This document shows positions 48,745-61,800 of a stretch of 64,000 nucleotides of DNA, piece after piece. This DNA is from Lama guanicoe (lineage: Eukaryota): positions 719,168-783,167 of the forward strand of contig MU053482.1 in the NCBI GenBank assembly GCA_013239625.1, in the 5' to 3' direction. The notes under the pieces are model-generated. The model was not told where the DNA came from, did not search any database, and saw only the letters and a list, made by a program, of their open reading frames with translations. The first letter of the stretch is position 1; the number at the start of each line of letters is the position of its first letter. The position numbers and the translations under genes were made by a program.

Positions 48745-49638
48745 ATGGCTGGAGGCAACTGGACGAGAGTTAGCGAGTTTACCCTGATGAGTTTCTCTTC
48801 CTTACCTACTGAAATACAGTCATTACTCTTCCTGGTATTTTTAATCATCTACCTGGTTACCCTGATGGGAAACGGCCTCATCCTTCTGGTCACCTGGGCT
48901 GACCCCGTGCTGCACAGCCCCATGTACTTCTTCCTCAGGAACTTGTCCTTTCTGGAGATTGGCTTCAACCTAGTCATTGTGCCCAAGATGCTGGCAACCC
49001 TGATTGCCCAGGACACGACCATCTCCTTCCTCGGCTGTGCCACTCAGATGTATTTCGTCTTCTTCTTTGGGGTTTCTGAATGCTTCCTTCTGGCCACCAT
49101 GGCGTATGACCGCTATGTAGCCATCTGCAGTCCCTTGCACTACCCAGTCATCATGAGCACAAGGACATGTGCCAAACTGGCTGCTGCCTCCTGGTTTCCA
49201 GGCGTTCCTATAGCTACTATGCAGACCACATGGCTCTTCAGCTTTCCATTCTGTGGCACCAACAAGGTGAACCACTTCTTCTGCGACAGCCCAATCCCTG
49301 CTTGCCTATGTTCCTACACTCGCATCGCTGCTGCCATCCTCAAGATTCCGTCAGCTAAAGGGAAGCACAAAGCCTTCTCTACCTGCTCCTCCCACCTCCT
49401 TGTTGTCTCCCTTTTCTATGTATCTTCAAGCCTCACCTACTTCCGTCCCAAGTCCAATAATTCTCCTGAGAGCAAGAAAGTGCTGTCACTATCCTACACC
49501 GTTGTGACTCCCATGTTGAACCCCATCATCTACAGCCTGAGAAATAATGAAGTGAAGAATGCCCTCGGCCGGACCTTCCACAAGGTTTTAGGGGGCAGAA
49601 ACTACAGAAATTCTACAGCTATTTTGAGGCACAACTAA
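48745..49638 (+). pseudogene. OR10A5-like olfactory receptor; frame open (297 aa) but with a 28-codon internal loss and altered C-terminus; probable pseudogene
   Basis: ATG at 48745 (MAGGNWTR); the ORF-track start at 48697 is a TTG. FFCDSP-IPAC-LCSY replaces the 32-residue ECL2/TM5 segment of the paralogue. YVSSSL and RTFHKVL match human OR10A5 as recalled. Confidence 0.8.
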
Positions 49639-51289
49639 AGTTTATTGAATGAGGGACAATCTGTTCATACTTGAGATTCTTCTCTGCTTCTATTCCCTTC
49701 TCCCCTGGCTTCAAAACCTAGTTGCTGAAATAGCTGTTGAAAAGCCCAGTGGAGAGAAAACAGCGCAGAGCTGGGTTAGACCTCTCGTTACCACCTGCTA
49801 CATTCCTCTGCTGGCTTTTTATACACTCACATTCTTTTTCTTATTGGTTCAGTTGATATTTTTATATTTCTGTGGCCAATACATTCCAGATATTTACTTT
49901 GCAATGTGCACCAATGTGACATACATCACAAACAGTGTGAAACTGCTTGTAAAGTGAACTTGGGGATGCAAAGTTATCTTGGCACTTCATCTTGTTTTGG
50001 ACAAGTGTGACTCCATTCAGTAGGGGGAAAAAGCTCTAATCGCTCTGATGTACAAGTTTTCTCATTCATTCACTTCAGTTTGTACGTCTCTGAGGCAGTG
50101 ATTGCTCTTGAATTGGTTGGTACTTAGCATGGATAAAGGAAAGTAAATCACTAGTCCCCGTGGCTATTCTTTATAATCCCAATATCCTTAATCAGTTCCT
50201 TTCAGGATGTTTTCCCCAGCTAGGAATATCTGAGTTTCCAGTTCTCTCTCTCAGTCTTCTTTTTCAGGTTTTTAAGGTTTGTTGAAGTGATTTCAGGTTT
50301 TCACTAACATAATTTCCATCATGGTGCTGATTTCTTTAAGGCTTACAATGGATCCTAGCTACTCCACTATGTCTTATTAACAACTTTGTCATGTTTTGCT
50401 TAATGCCTTTTAATTTCAAAACTTTTGTTTGTTGATGTGAAAATACCAAGACCATAAAATACAATCACTGCATTCAGAAGTTTATAATTTAATCAGCAAT
50501 AGAAATTACAAAAGAAAAAACTACAGACCCCTGAAGTAACGGAGTGTTACATAACATAAAGGGACTTGCCTGGGTTCGTATTCCACTCTGCCATTTACTA
50601 GCTGGTGACCACTGGAAAGTGAATTAAACTCTTTTTGTCTCTTTCCTCATCCGTAAAATGATGTATGTAATAATAGTATCTATTTTATGGGTTTGTTTTT
50701 AAGAGTTGATATTGCATATAATGTGTTTATGACAGCACTAGCATGCTGTAGGTACATATATAGTCATTTGCTATTAGCAACTTATCTCATCTGAATCCTT
50801 TATTTCATAGGTAAGGGAAGTGGCTTTCAAAGATATTTGATCATACATACTTAGAACAAAATTCAGGTGGCTTGAATCTCAATTCTCTATGTTTTTTAAG
50901 TACCATGCAATGAATAGTTAATTAATTAAGTAATTAACTCAGAATCAGAGTGAAAGAATATTTACTTTTCTGAGTGAAAGAATACAATGGGGAGACCTGA
51001 GTAGGCATTAGTATATGGGAAAATAATGCAAGGAACATGAATGTAAGTCCAGTGCTGCTGTGTTTAACCCACCACAACAGATACTAGAAGAAATGGTTAA
51101 GCCACTACATTAGATATTGAACATGACTGTCTTTGCAGTCCATCAGTGAGACAGAAATATAAACATATGATTAGGATCCTGAGTAAGAGTGCAGCCAAAG
51201 GATTAGAAGTAGTAAAGAACAAGAGTGGAAGACAAAATAGGGACGGAGGTTTTGAACTGTGTGTGGAGAGGGATTCTAAGAAAAATAAG

Positions 51290-52936
51290 CAGTGTTTCCA
51301 AAATGAAGAGGCCAAATGGCCATATTCATACCATCATACCAGGTATGTGCTATAATAAATAAGCTTTGTAGGCCAGGCAGCAAAATCAAGGAAATTTTGT
51401 AGATAATTATATAACAAAGAGAAAAGTTTTCATAATTTTTATTGGTGAAATTTATAATATAATTTTTTATAATACAGGTCTACTAATGAGAAGAATGGAA
51501 TTCCTTTTTAGGGGAATAATATTTCATTTAATTGAGATTCAAAATCATCAAAATCAGTTGCAAGCGTTTACATGTCAAGGCTAATCTACAAGGAGATTTT
51601 ACATCTTGCATCTTCAAAAACGTCTTTTTGTACAATTACATGCTGTCAAATACTGTTATCACCCACAGTTATATAATTTTTATATAGCATATTCATTTTT
51701 TGGAATATGTTTATACATTCCAATAGATTGTCCTCCTGAAATTTGTTTTTAGCATGTCATTTATGGCAGAAGATCATTTTCTTTTTTGAGGGGTGGTAAT
51801 TAGTTGTTTTTTTTCTTTTTTAATGGAGGTACTGGGAATTAAACCCGGACCTCGTGCATGCTAAGCATGTGCTCTACCACTGAGCTATACCCTGCCCTCT
51901 GAAGATGAATCATTTTCTGTTGAAGGTTAGATGGTAAAGACATTCTGCTGTAATGAGATATTCCATTAAATTTTCAAATTTCTCTGACTGTTGCTTCCTG
52001 TGAGTTGGAAATATAGGAATGAGGACTTAGTCTAGTGATGTCTACATATAATATATAATTTTGGCATAGCGTGAATAGCATTGCATTATAAACAATGATT
52101 TACCATCTAATTTGATATCAGAATATTCTACACTCCACTATTCTTTAAAGTGTGATATTTGATGTCAATTTTTTTTCTCATTTTGACTTGATGGATATGC
52201 ACTGGCAACAAAATAAGTAAATAAGATGTTGCAGTACAGAGATGCACAAGGCACTCAAGATGCTGTGAAGTAATAACAGCTTCACTATGCTTTTTTTAAT
52301 AGCTTGTTAATATTTATTTTTTGCAAGAGTAGTTCACTCTACACAGTAGACAGGGCCATGAACATACTCTTATAACTTGACAACAGCTACACAAATACTC
52401 ACTGCTTAAATTGTGACAATTTCTCTCCTATGTTCACCTGCTCTGGCTCCTGAAAACTTTTTGTCCGTTTTACTGAGATATAACTGACATAACATTGTAC
52501 CAGTTTAAGGTGTACAGCATAATGAGCTGACACATGTATGTATAACAATATGATTACCATGATAAGCTTAGGAAGCATACATCACCTCACATGGTTACCA
52601 TTTTGTCCTTGGGCATCACGATGAATTTTAATGCCCCAAGCAGCAGATGAAAGTACCACTAATGTATGAACTTCATACAAGTGTTCAGCTTTGCTGTTGC
52701 AGCATGAAAGTAGCCACGACGTTCAAGTGAATGAGCATGGCCGTGTGCCAATAGAACTTTATTTCCGGATAGTGGAATCTGAATTTCATATGATTTTCAT
52801 ATGTCAAGGAATATTACTCTTCTTTTGCTTTTTTTAAGCACTGAAAAAAATGTAAAAACCATTCTGAACACATGAATTATACAGAGATTGGTGGAAGGTT
52901 GAGTTTGTCTGGTAGATGGTCGTTTGCCTACACCTG
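51290..52936. mobile_element. hAT (Cheshire/MER58-related) DNA transposon remnant with nested SINE and L1 fragment
   Basis: The right end ~52690-52936 is the reverse orientation of the MER58-like element at 42320-42697, ending gtttgcctacacctg. The left boundary is uncertain. Confidence 0.5.
51784..51899 (-). mobile_element. tRNA-derived SINE (Vic-1-like)
   Basis: ttaatggaggtactgggaattaaacccggacctcgtgcatgctaagcatgtgctctaccactgagctataccc; same family as 4525-4631. Confidence 0.85.
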
Positions 52937-53686
52937 GGTCAGAGCGTGAACTCTGAAGCTAAAAAGCCTGGGCTTTGTCCTGCTTCTGTCCCTTGATAAC
53001 TCTGTGACACTGAGAAAGTTATTTAGCAACTCTGTGCCTATATTTCCTCTTCTGTAAACTGAAGATAATCATAACACCTATTTCACATTTTGGTGGAGAG
53101 GATTAAATGAGTGAATATATGTAAGTCACTAAGGAACAAGGCTGGGCTCATGGCAACTTCTAAAGAAAACGTAAGCATTATACTGATGCTGGTGGCAGTG
53201 GTGGTGATGTTGATGCTGATGGTGAGAAAAATAAAAAGTATGATGTGGAAGGAAAACTGGAGGGAATAAGGGTGGGGAGGTAGGAACGAGTCAAATCTAG
53301 AAAGGCCTTCTAGGCCAAGGGGTTTGAACACTATTTTGTGAACTGTATAGATTAACTGAAGGGTTTTTAGCATGAAGAAACAATCAAATCTGTAGTTTGT
53401 GAACATTACTTGGGGAGTGGTATGATGTGGCAAGAGACACAGGCTAAAAAGACACTATTCAAAAGACCTGTGTAACTGGGCAATTAAGAGATCATAAGAC
53501 CAAAATTCGGTGCAAGGAAAACCATCTTGTAACCTCACAATTTGGAGTCCTTCATCAAAATTGGATCCGCAGAGGAGGCAGTAAGCAGAGACAATCACTG
53601 CTGCTCCGGATGACACCCACTCCTGGAAGCCTGCAGGTCAGCAGGGACTTGAGCTTCCGAGCTGGCCTGCTTGCTGCCAGCGTGAG

Positions 53687-53906
53687 CTCGTTAGGCGTGG
53701 CTCTGCAGCCTGAGTGCAGTAGCCCTCTGCCCAGAGCTGGGCCTGCCTGCTCACCCAAGCTCTCCCGCCAGGCCCCACGAGAGGCCACTGGGAGCCTCCC
53801 TCAGCTGTGCTCCCTGAGCAGCAGTGTGTCTCATTAACAACTTTTTAATGAGGTCACAGCCTCTGAATGCTCATTATAGGCTGGTTAGTCTGCAAGCCCA
53901 GGGGTG
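53687..53906 (+). promoter_or_regulatory. P-element/P3-promoter-like OR choice element, copy 2
   Basis: AACTTTTTAATGA at 53839-53851, CTCATTA at 53830 and 53870, GCCCAGGGG at 53896-53904. Offset 19046 from copy 1. Confidence 0.8.
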
Positions 53907-54982
53907 GAAGAGACTGAGGATGGAAGCCGGTGAGGGCAGAGCTCAGCCTGCGCAGAGCTGCAGGAGAGGGAGAGAGACCTCGCCCCCTTAGCGGAGATTC
54001 CCAGGCTTTTTCTCTTGGGTCTCGGGGGCCCTTCGAGCTCTCAGAGACTGTGATTTTGCAGATTGAGATCTTGAAGGACCAGGGCCTTGGCTGGGAGGAA
54101 TTAACAGAGTCCAGTGATGCAAGGCTTTGACCAGCTCTTGGTCCAGAGAGATTCTTAAGGAAATCAAATGCCCTTCAGATTTTCTCTGATGCTTGTGTAC
54201 GAGGAATTTTGCTCTTGAAACTTTTTATCATCTTGCTTTCTGTAGTCATGGATTCCTTGCTGTTCCCCCAGCATGTCCAACTGTAGATCTTTGTGTTATT
54301 TTCTAAGTCCTTTTAAACTGTACTTGTCCTGGGAACTCAGTAGTTGGTCCTCTTCTTCTCTCCTCCTCGGGTACCATCTCAGAAATCCCCTCTAGTGCCA
54401 AGGTTTCAACGAATCACCCCTGTGGAGATGAAACTTGGGTGCTGGCTTGTATCTCCCCCCGGGATTATTGATAGAGCCTCCTAACTGGTCTCCCAGTCTC
54501 CAGCTGTACTGAGACGTTCATACACACCCCATTCTCATTCATCCTCCTCGCCCTCTGCACAGTTCTTTCTAAATACATGTGTGATGATCTGTCATTATCA
54601 TACTTAAAGTCTCAACAATTCACCCTCATTTTTAGAATGAAACTAACATTGCCAGTGTGTCATACAAGCCCTCTCATAGCTCAGCTCTAGATTATCTGTC
54701 CCTTTCAGTTCTTGCCATGCCCGGACCGGACTGAACTATTTTCTTTCCCCCTGCTCCATACCTTTCTAGTTTCTCTAACCGTAGTCTTTTATTCCCCTCA
54801 ACAATTTAAACTCTAAAATACCTGGGTTCAAATCCTGTGTCTCCAATTTACCAGCCATGCAAGTTAATGCATAAATTTCTCTCTCTCAGTTTCCTCATCT
54901 GTGATGGTGATAATACCTACCTCATAGAGTTGATGTAGGGAGGACGTTATATTAATGAAACTGACTGTTGAAAGTGTTAAAG

Positions 54983-55226
54983 GGACAGACTGGGATTTCA
55001 AAATGTAGAATAAATAAACAAGATTATACTGTATAGCACAGGGAAATATATATAAGCTCTTATGGTAGCTCACAGAGAAAAAGATGTGACAATGAATATG
55101 TGTATGCTCATGTATAACTGAAACATTGTGCTCCACACTGGGATTTGACACAACATTGTAAAATGATTATAACTCAATAAAAAAGGTTAAAAAATAAAAG
55201 GAACATCTAATGCAAAAAAAAATGTT
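54983..55226 (+). mobile_element. Young L1 3' end
   Basis: 12-bp TSD AAAGTGTTAAAG at 54971-54982 and 55227-55238. It is inserted in a MIR remnant. Confidence 0.85.
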
Positions 55227-57493
55227 AAAGTGTTAAAGTCAATTATTCTGTGGCAACACCGAGACACCATGTGGGCAATCACTGCCCCTGGTACAACTTT
55301 GCCATTCTTTCTGTTCTTTAGTATTCTTGCAATTTGAAGTAAGATATCAGGTGTGCAGATTCTCACTAGTTTCCTACTCATTACCGGGTATATAAATTAT
55401 GAGGTTCCCTTCTTTTCCCAGAGAGCAGGCTAAAGAAAGGAATTAACATGTGTTTACTGTTTGATATGAGTTACTTTTTTGTATATAAAGCCTCAATTAC
55501 TCCTCACAGGTATTATCAGGATGTAAAGAACAGGACAAAGGGACAACCAACAGCTGTCAGAGCTTAGGTCCCTGTGGTCTAAAATGTCATGCTCTTGTCA
55601 ATATAGCATGAATTCTATAAAATACAAAGGCACAAACTATAAAGAAGTTAGAAGGAAAAGGAAAGTTTGATATGTAACATAGAAGGCCAAGAGGCTTCAA
55701 AGAGATCATAGGAGAAAACATTTTAAGACCAGCCTATGTATTTGGAGGACCTCCTGTATGTACAGTGAACTGTTTTGGGGGGATTATTGAAAGGACTAAT
55801 ACAGTTATTTTTGTTCTCTAAATAAAACTACCTGGAACAGAATAAGTCTTCAACAAGACGGAGACATGATTATCAAATCTTTATATCTTTACTCAATTCG
55901 TCCCTCTACAGTTCCTGCCTCTCATCTCAGACTCCCCATACCAAGTTAACATCTGCATATCATTTAAGATTAAACTCTAGTGTTTTCTTTTCTATCAGTC
56001 TCTCCCTGATTCCTCTAAAGAAATCCAAGTTCACTCATGTGCACTTGGGCACATGTGTCATCTTGCATGTATTGCTAAGCATTGAAGACATTGCAATTGT
56101 ATTTCTCAGGGGCATTGAGGACACAGCAAGGACAGTTTTTCATTCATGTTTGTATTTCTGAGGTCTAGTCCAGTGCCTGGAATATAGCAGATACTCAATA
56201 AATGAATAAAAGAGTGCAGAATGCCCAAATGGTTTGCCTAGCCCTGACCTCTCACTGAAATGTGAGTTCCCCGTTTCCAGGTGCCTCCAGGACATGTCTG
56301 CATAGCTGTCAAAACATGTGTCTAGCACCATGCTCCCAGACAATCTCCAGATCCTGAAAACCTTTTTCTTGTTACTTATTCCTCTTTTTGACCTCACTGT
56401 TCATTGACATATGCTTTCATTTAGTCAGTGAGTATTCATGTCGTGAATCTGGGATAACGGTGAACCTGGCACTGCCCTCTAGGAGCTCCTGGCTCTGAGT
56501 GAGACAGATGGATACACAGACAGCCATGGAATAAAAGGTGCCATGCACAGTGCTGTGCTGGTTACAGTTCTACACTTCAGTAAAGACTGTCATAGCGGCG
56601 TTCAACCATCTCCTAATCCTGCTCATTCTCCCTTGGCAAAATTCTTCTTTCTCAAACCTTGGCTCAGTTCCCATTTTCATTGCCACTTCCATTACACACC
56701 ATCATGTGACACGAGCCAGGCCCTCACCTCCAAAGTATTATCTGTCACAAGAGTCTCCTCGCTGTTCTCACTGCTTCTGAGCACTTCCCAATCCCGCTCT
56801 ACACTCACTGCTAAGTACTGATATACACGATGAGCAAGCCAGAGTCTCTGCCCTTAGGGCCATTACACTCCAATGGAGAGGAGAGTCATTAAACAAAGAA
56901 CTGCACAAATAAATATGTAATTACAAATTGATGTCATTACTGTGAAGGAAAAGAACAGAGTGCCCTGAGAAAGAGTAAAAGGAGAGAGTCCTAATTTGCA
57001 TTCAGGATCAGAGCAGACCTCCCTCAGGAAGTGATATCAGAAGATTGTGTAGATTTATGAAGCAGGTAAAAAGAAAGAGGAAAAATATACAAAGCAAATA
57101 AATTAGTATATACAAAGATTCTAAGTCAATAATTGCAGAAATAATGTTGATGGAAGTAACAGTAGTGATGCTGGTCATCATAAAGTCAACGGGAATGCCC
57201 CTTCCCCTCCGTGATCACAACCTTCAAGTCTCAGGTCAAATAGTATCCTGGAGGAGCCTTACCATTTCTGACATTTGCCGGGGCGTGGCATGTTTTCTAT
57301 ACTTTATCTCCTTTCTTGCTTACAACAGGTATTGGGCATTTTATGCGGGAGAAACTAAGACTTGGAATGATTCTCTCCAGGTCATGAGATTAGGAATCAG
57401 TGGAGGAAACCAGAATAAAATTTTTGTTTTATGTATCTTTCAAATCATTTTCATTAAAAAATCCAAAGTTTGCACGTGATAAAAATTCAGACG

Positions 57494-57626
57494 GGGGAGG
57501 GTATAGCTCAAGCGACAGAGCCATGCTTAGCATTTAGGAGGTTCTCGGTTTAATCCCCAGTAACTCCTCTAAAAGTAAATAAGTAAAAAAACCTAATGCC
57601 TCCTCCCTCACAAAATTAAGTTAAAT
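57494..57626 (+). mobile_element. tRNA-derived SINE (Vic-1-like)
   Basis: ggggagggtatagctcaagcgacagagc...aatccccagta, with a degenerate TSD taaaaattcagacg / taaaagttcaggcg. Confidence 0.8.
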
Positions 57627-57649
57627 TAAAAGTTCAGGCGGCCTCCTTC

Positions 57650-58230
57650 CTTCTGCAGGTGGCGATTAGCTCCCCTCCCTTGCACATGGGTTGGCCACAG
57701 TCCCTTAACGTCTGAGGAGCAGACCGTGAAAAGGGAATGGTGATGAGCCATGTTCATCTCACGCACACCCTGGTGTGCTGTGGTGAGAGGAGCGCCTCAC
57801 CCTGTGGTAGAGCCCCGACCTGTCCAAAAACAGTCTAATCGTGAAAAACAACAGACAAACCTTAACTGAGCGACATTGTGCAAAATCCCTGACCAGTGTT
57901 ACTCTTCAGAAGTGCCAAGCTCATAAAAACAAGGGAACACCGAGAAAACATCACAGATTGGAAAAAATGTGAGGGTATATGATAACTAAATGCAACATAG
58001 TGTTCTCAAATCAATCCTGGTACAGAAACCAGACATTTATGGGAGAAGTGATCTAATTTAAATAAGACCAGCAGTTTAGTTAGCAGTATTGTACCAATGT
58101 TAATGTCTTAGTTCTGACAGATGAACCATGGTCATGTGAGATGTTACAATTAGGGAAACATGCGTGGAGTGTAAAAAGAATTCGTTGATTCTTCTACATC
58201 TAAAACTATTTCAAAATTTTTAATGTAAAG
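57650..58230 (+). mobile_element. Old L1MC-like 3' end
   Basis: aactaaatgcaac...atcctggtacagaaa...gtattgtaccaatgttaat...tctaaaactatttcaaaa resembles an L1MC 3'UTR (from recall). Absent from duplicon 1. Confidence 0.55.
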
Positions 58231-58279
58231 TAAAAATTCAGTCAGTATAAAATTATATACAATCAAAAGTAGATTTCCC

Positions 58280-58461
58280 GGATAAACACAAGTTTCTTTT
58301 CTATAGCAGGGAACTATATTCAATATCTTGTAGTAACCTACAATGAACAAGAATATGAAAACGAATACATATATGTATAGGTATGACTGAAACATTATAT
58401 GGTACACCAAAAATGGACACAACCTTGTCAACTGACTATACTTCAATTTTTTTAAAAAAAA
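58280..58461 (+). mobile_element. L1 3' end present only in duplicon 2
   Basis: L1 3'UTR with an A tail, flanked by agatttcc/agatttgcc. Empty site aatcaaaagatttccc at ~39721. Confidence 0.75.
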
Positions 58462-58760
58462 GGAGATTTGCCTTTCAGTACTGACCTCTGTTACCCCATT
58501 TCCTTGTGCAGGGGCAACTATTATCAATGTTTAATATATCCTTAGAGACATTTCCTAATAAATAATTTTATTTATATATTTGAAATTTTCTTTTTATAAA
58601 ATATATGCAGTCTATGTTATGTGATGTGTATATAATGTTCTTCACTTTGATTTTTTAAATAAACTTAAAATTGCTAAGCATCACAAATCAGAGCGATTCA
58701 GTGCTGGGATTAAACTTAGGTCACTCAGAATCCAAAAAGGTTGTGCTTTTCTCTGCACAG

Positions 58761-58895
58761 TACAGCATTCCTAGAGTATGGTTTTCCTTTCTTGAACTTC
58801 ATCCTATTGGCCTCTGACATCCCTTAGGGTCCCAAAGGACAGTGGAGTCAGGAAAGGTCAGGTACCCTTGAGGGAGGGGAGGGAGAAGAGCTAAG
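58761..58895 (+). other. Predicted non-coding 5'UTR exon of the OR10A2-like gene
   Basis: Identical to 40789-40923 at offset 17972, with the same acceptor and donor. Confidence 0.5.
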
Positions 58896-61800
58896 GTGAG
58901 CCCAGAAACACCTGGGGGAAAATAGAGGTGCCAGCCCTTCACCTGGCCCTGAGGACAAAAGGCACAGCTGGGAAGAAATCTCAGTCAGGACGGGGAGCTT
59001 GGCCAGCCCTCTAGAGTGCTCACTCACGCCTGACACAGAGGAGGCAGCAGGGACCTGGCTTCGGGTCCAGCCACTAATGGCTCATCCAGGGCAAGGAGTA
59101 AGACCTCCCTGGTTCCTCTTCTGGGTCCGCTGACAACAGAGCCAGAGTTCTTCACACACTCCAGGGCGTGCGTGAAGCACAGGTACCAGGCAGAGCTGAA
59201 CAAGGCACATCTCCCTACTGGGCACAGGTAAATTTCCAATCTAGGGTCACATCAACCAGGGTTCCCTCTCCAGGTTCAGTTGCTCAACTGGACAAGGTTT
59301 GGGAGGGTTTGGTGGGGCACCTAATTCTATTCTTCTGTCCACACTGGGAAGATCTCATCAGTTTCTCTCTTCCCAGAGCCTCAGTTTCCCTTATCTATGT
59401 CATAAAATAAGTCAGATCTGAGACTACAGGAAGATTAAAATTACCCAGGTTTTTTTTTTTCAGTTTGTTTTTGTTTTTGTTTTTGCCAATTCTGACTCTA
59501 AAGCTTTCTGGGTCAGAAAAATCCAGTCCCTGCAGCTTTGACAGGATATACACCTTCTCTAAGTCTCCTTTAATTAACTCAGAGAAGACTTGCCTAGTGG
59601 AATATTTATGAGGCAGAGAACATCGGAGTAAACCACTTCTTTAGGACAATTCTATGGGTACAGAAGGTCTAGAAGAGCGTAGTCCTGCTCCTGGACCGTC
59701 AGTCAAATGACCAGCAGAGGAGTATTCCTACAGGAGCTCTGGAGGGACCGGCAGGGAGCCTGGGCTGGCCATCGGACACCGTGTTCTGCAGTGTCTCCCA
59801 CCGTCAAGCCAGGCTGCCATCTCTTCTTCCCCAGTACTTCCAGAGGTTCTCTGAGAAACCCAGCAGGCCCTTTCATCTCGCCTCCGCCCTCCTTCCCAAT
59901 TCTTTTCCACCAGTACCAAACCCTACATTTTGTCTGAGAGGGAGCTTCTCTAAAAGTGAAGTTCTGACTAAAGGAAGAGTAGTCATTGAGAAAAGTAAGA
60001 ACTCTAAACAGATTAAAACTCCAGGAAGAATGAACTCTGTCAAATTCACTTGTTCTCCCAATTAATCCAAAACACATATTAGTAGCTTATCTGGATGGAC
60101 CCTGGGCTTCCTCCTATAAAGATGCCAAGACAGTTCATGTTCTGAAGGAGGTTACAGACTGGGATGTAAGTAGGTAATTATGATTCTGAATCGTTAAACT
60201 CTCTGTAAAGGATGTGGGGAAAGAGAGAAGATGACCAATCCTGTCGGGAAGCAGTGCACGACAGGCAGAGCTGAGTTTTGAGGATCAGAAGGAAGAAGTC
60301 AGCCAGGTGGAGGGGGAGCCGTGTGTGGAGGCAGAAGTGCTGTCACATGCAGAGGCCTGGAGTCAAAAGGAACTGATTTGCTCCATAAGTGGTAAGAAGC
60401 TGAACCTTGAAGCAGGGGAAGTAGAGGTGAATGTGGGGACCACGGATGACACGTGTTTGGGTTGTGTTCATCTTACATGCTTTGTTAAAAACCTCCATGT
60501 TGTTTTTATCATACATTTTTCGGATTACGGTTTTAAGTGTCGGCTGTTGTCATTTCCAAGTAATTACAAAGTTTTTTAACTATGAGATTATATATCTGCT
60601 TTAAATTTCTCTTTCTCTCTAATATGGGGAGGATAATGGTGGCATTTAAATCACAGAGTTGTAGTGAGAAGAAAATGAGAATGAATGTAAAGCACAAAGT
60701 CCAAGTCTGTTATGTACTTAGTAAATATTGTAGCTTTGTCATCATTATGATCAGCAGCATTTTCACTTTTAACATTGTCATTGCTATCATCTAACAAATG
60801 TAGTTCACTGCAGAAAATTTAGAAATCCAGGAAAATGAAAAGAAGAAAATACCCCCCCCTTTTTTTCCCCACTGGTGAAATAGATCACTTTTGAATTTTG
60901 ATAATTAGCCCTTGAATACAAGAATATATTAACAAAATTAAAAATTTATCCTATGCGAGCAGTGTTGGCATTTTATCTTTTCATTTCATATTATATTGTA
61001 ATTATTGCATACAGCATTAAACGTTCTTCAAAATTATTTAAATGATTACACGATTTTCCTCACATTCATGCATTATAATTGAACCATTCATTCATCAATC
61101 TATTAATGATCGTTTTCAAGTTATCAGTATAATGGTTGGCACTGCACAAACATGTAAAATCATTGCCTCCGTTTCTTCTTCCAGAGAAGTTTTGAATCAA
61201 AGTGTATTAATATTACCGGATCCTCACACCATTGGTGTGAAACTGATTTTCAAAGAAATTATTCTAGAAGAAACTTCCAGAGCCTAAAACAAAATAAGAT
61301 ATTAGTTATAACACCACCTCTTACTCACACTGAATGTTATATTTTTCAGTATTTCGAATCTGATGAAGAAATTCAATTTCTGTGTTCCTTTTTAATTTTA
61401 TTACTAGCAAAACAGAGTAACTGTCCTATGCTTACTGGCCCTTGGCACTTCTTGGTGAAATAAATCTTTGTGTCTTCTATTTTTCCTTTGAGGAGTTTGT
61501 GTCTTTTTAAAACTGATTTCTGTGGCTCTTATATATCAGGTAGACAAACACTTTTCATCATTTGTTGCTGTTACTGCAAATATCTCCCCCCGTTTGTCAT
61601 TTACCTTTACCTTTTGTTTATGGATTGTTTTGTGTTACAAATTTTTTATTCTTAATAATATTCAAGTATTTGTTCTTCAAATAGAAAATAATACATTTTC
61701 ACTGTGGATAATGTGGAAAGTATAAAATGCAGAGAAGAAATATAAAACACCTGGAATTGCACCACAAACTTATTAACAAAGAAATAGAACTGAAGGCTTT

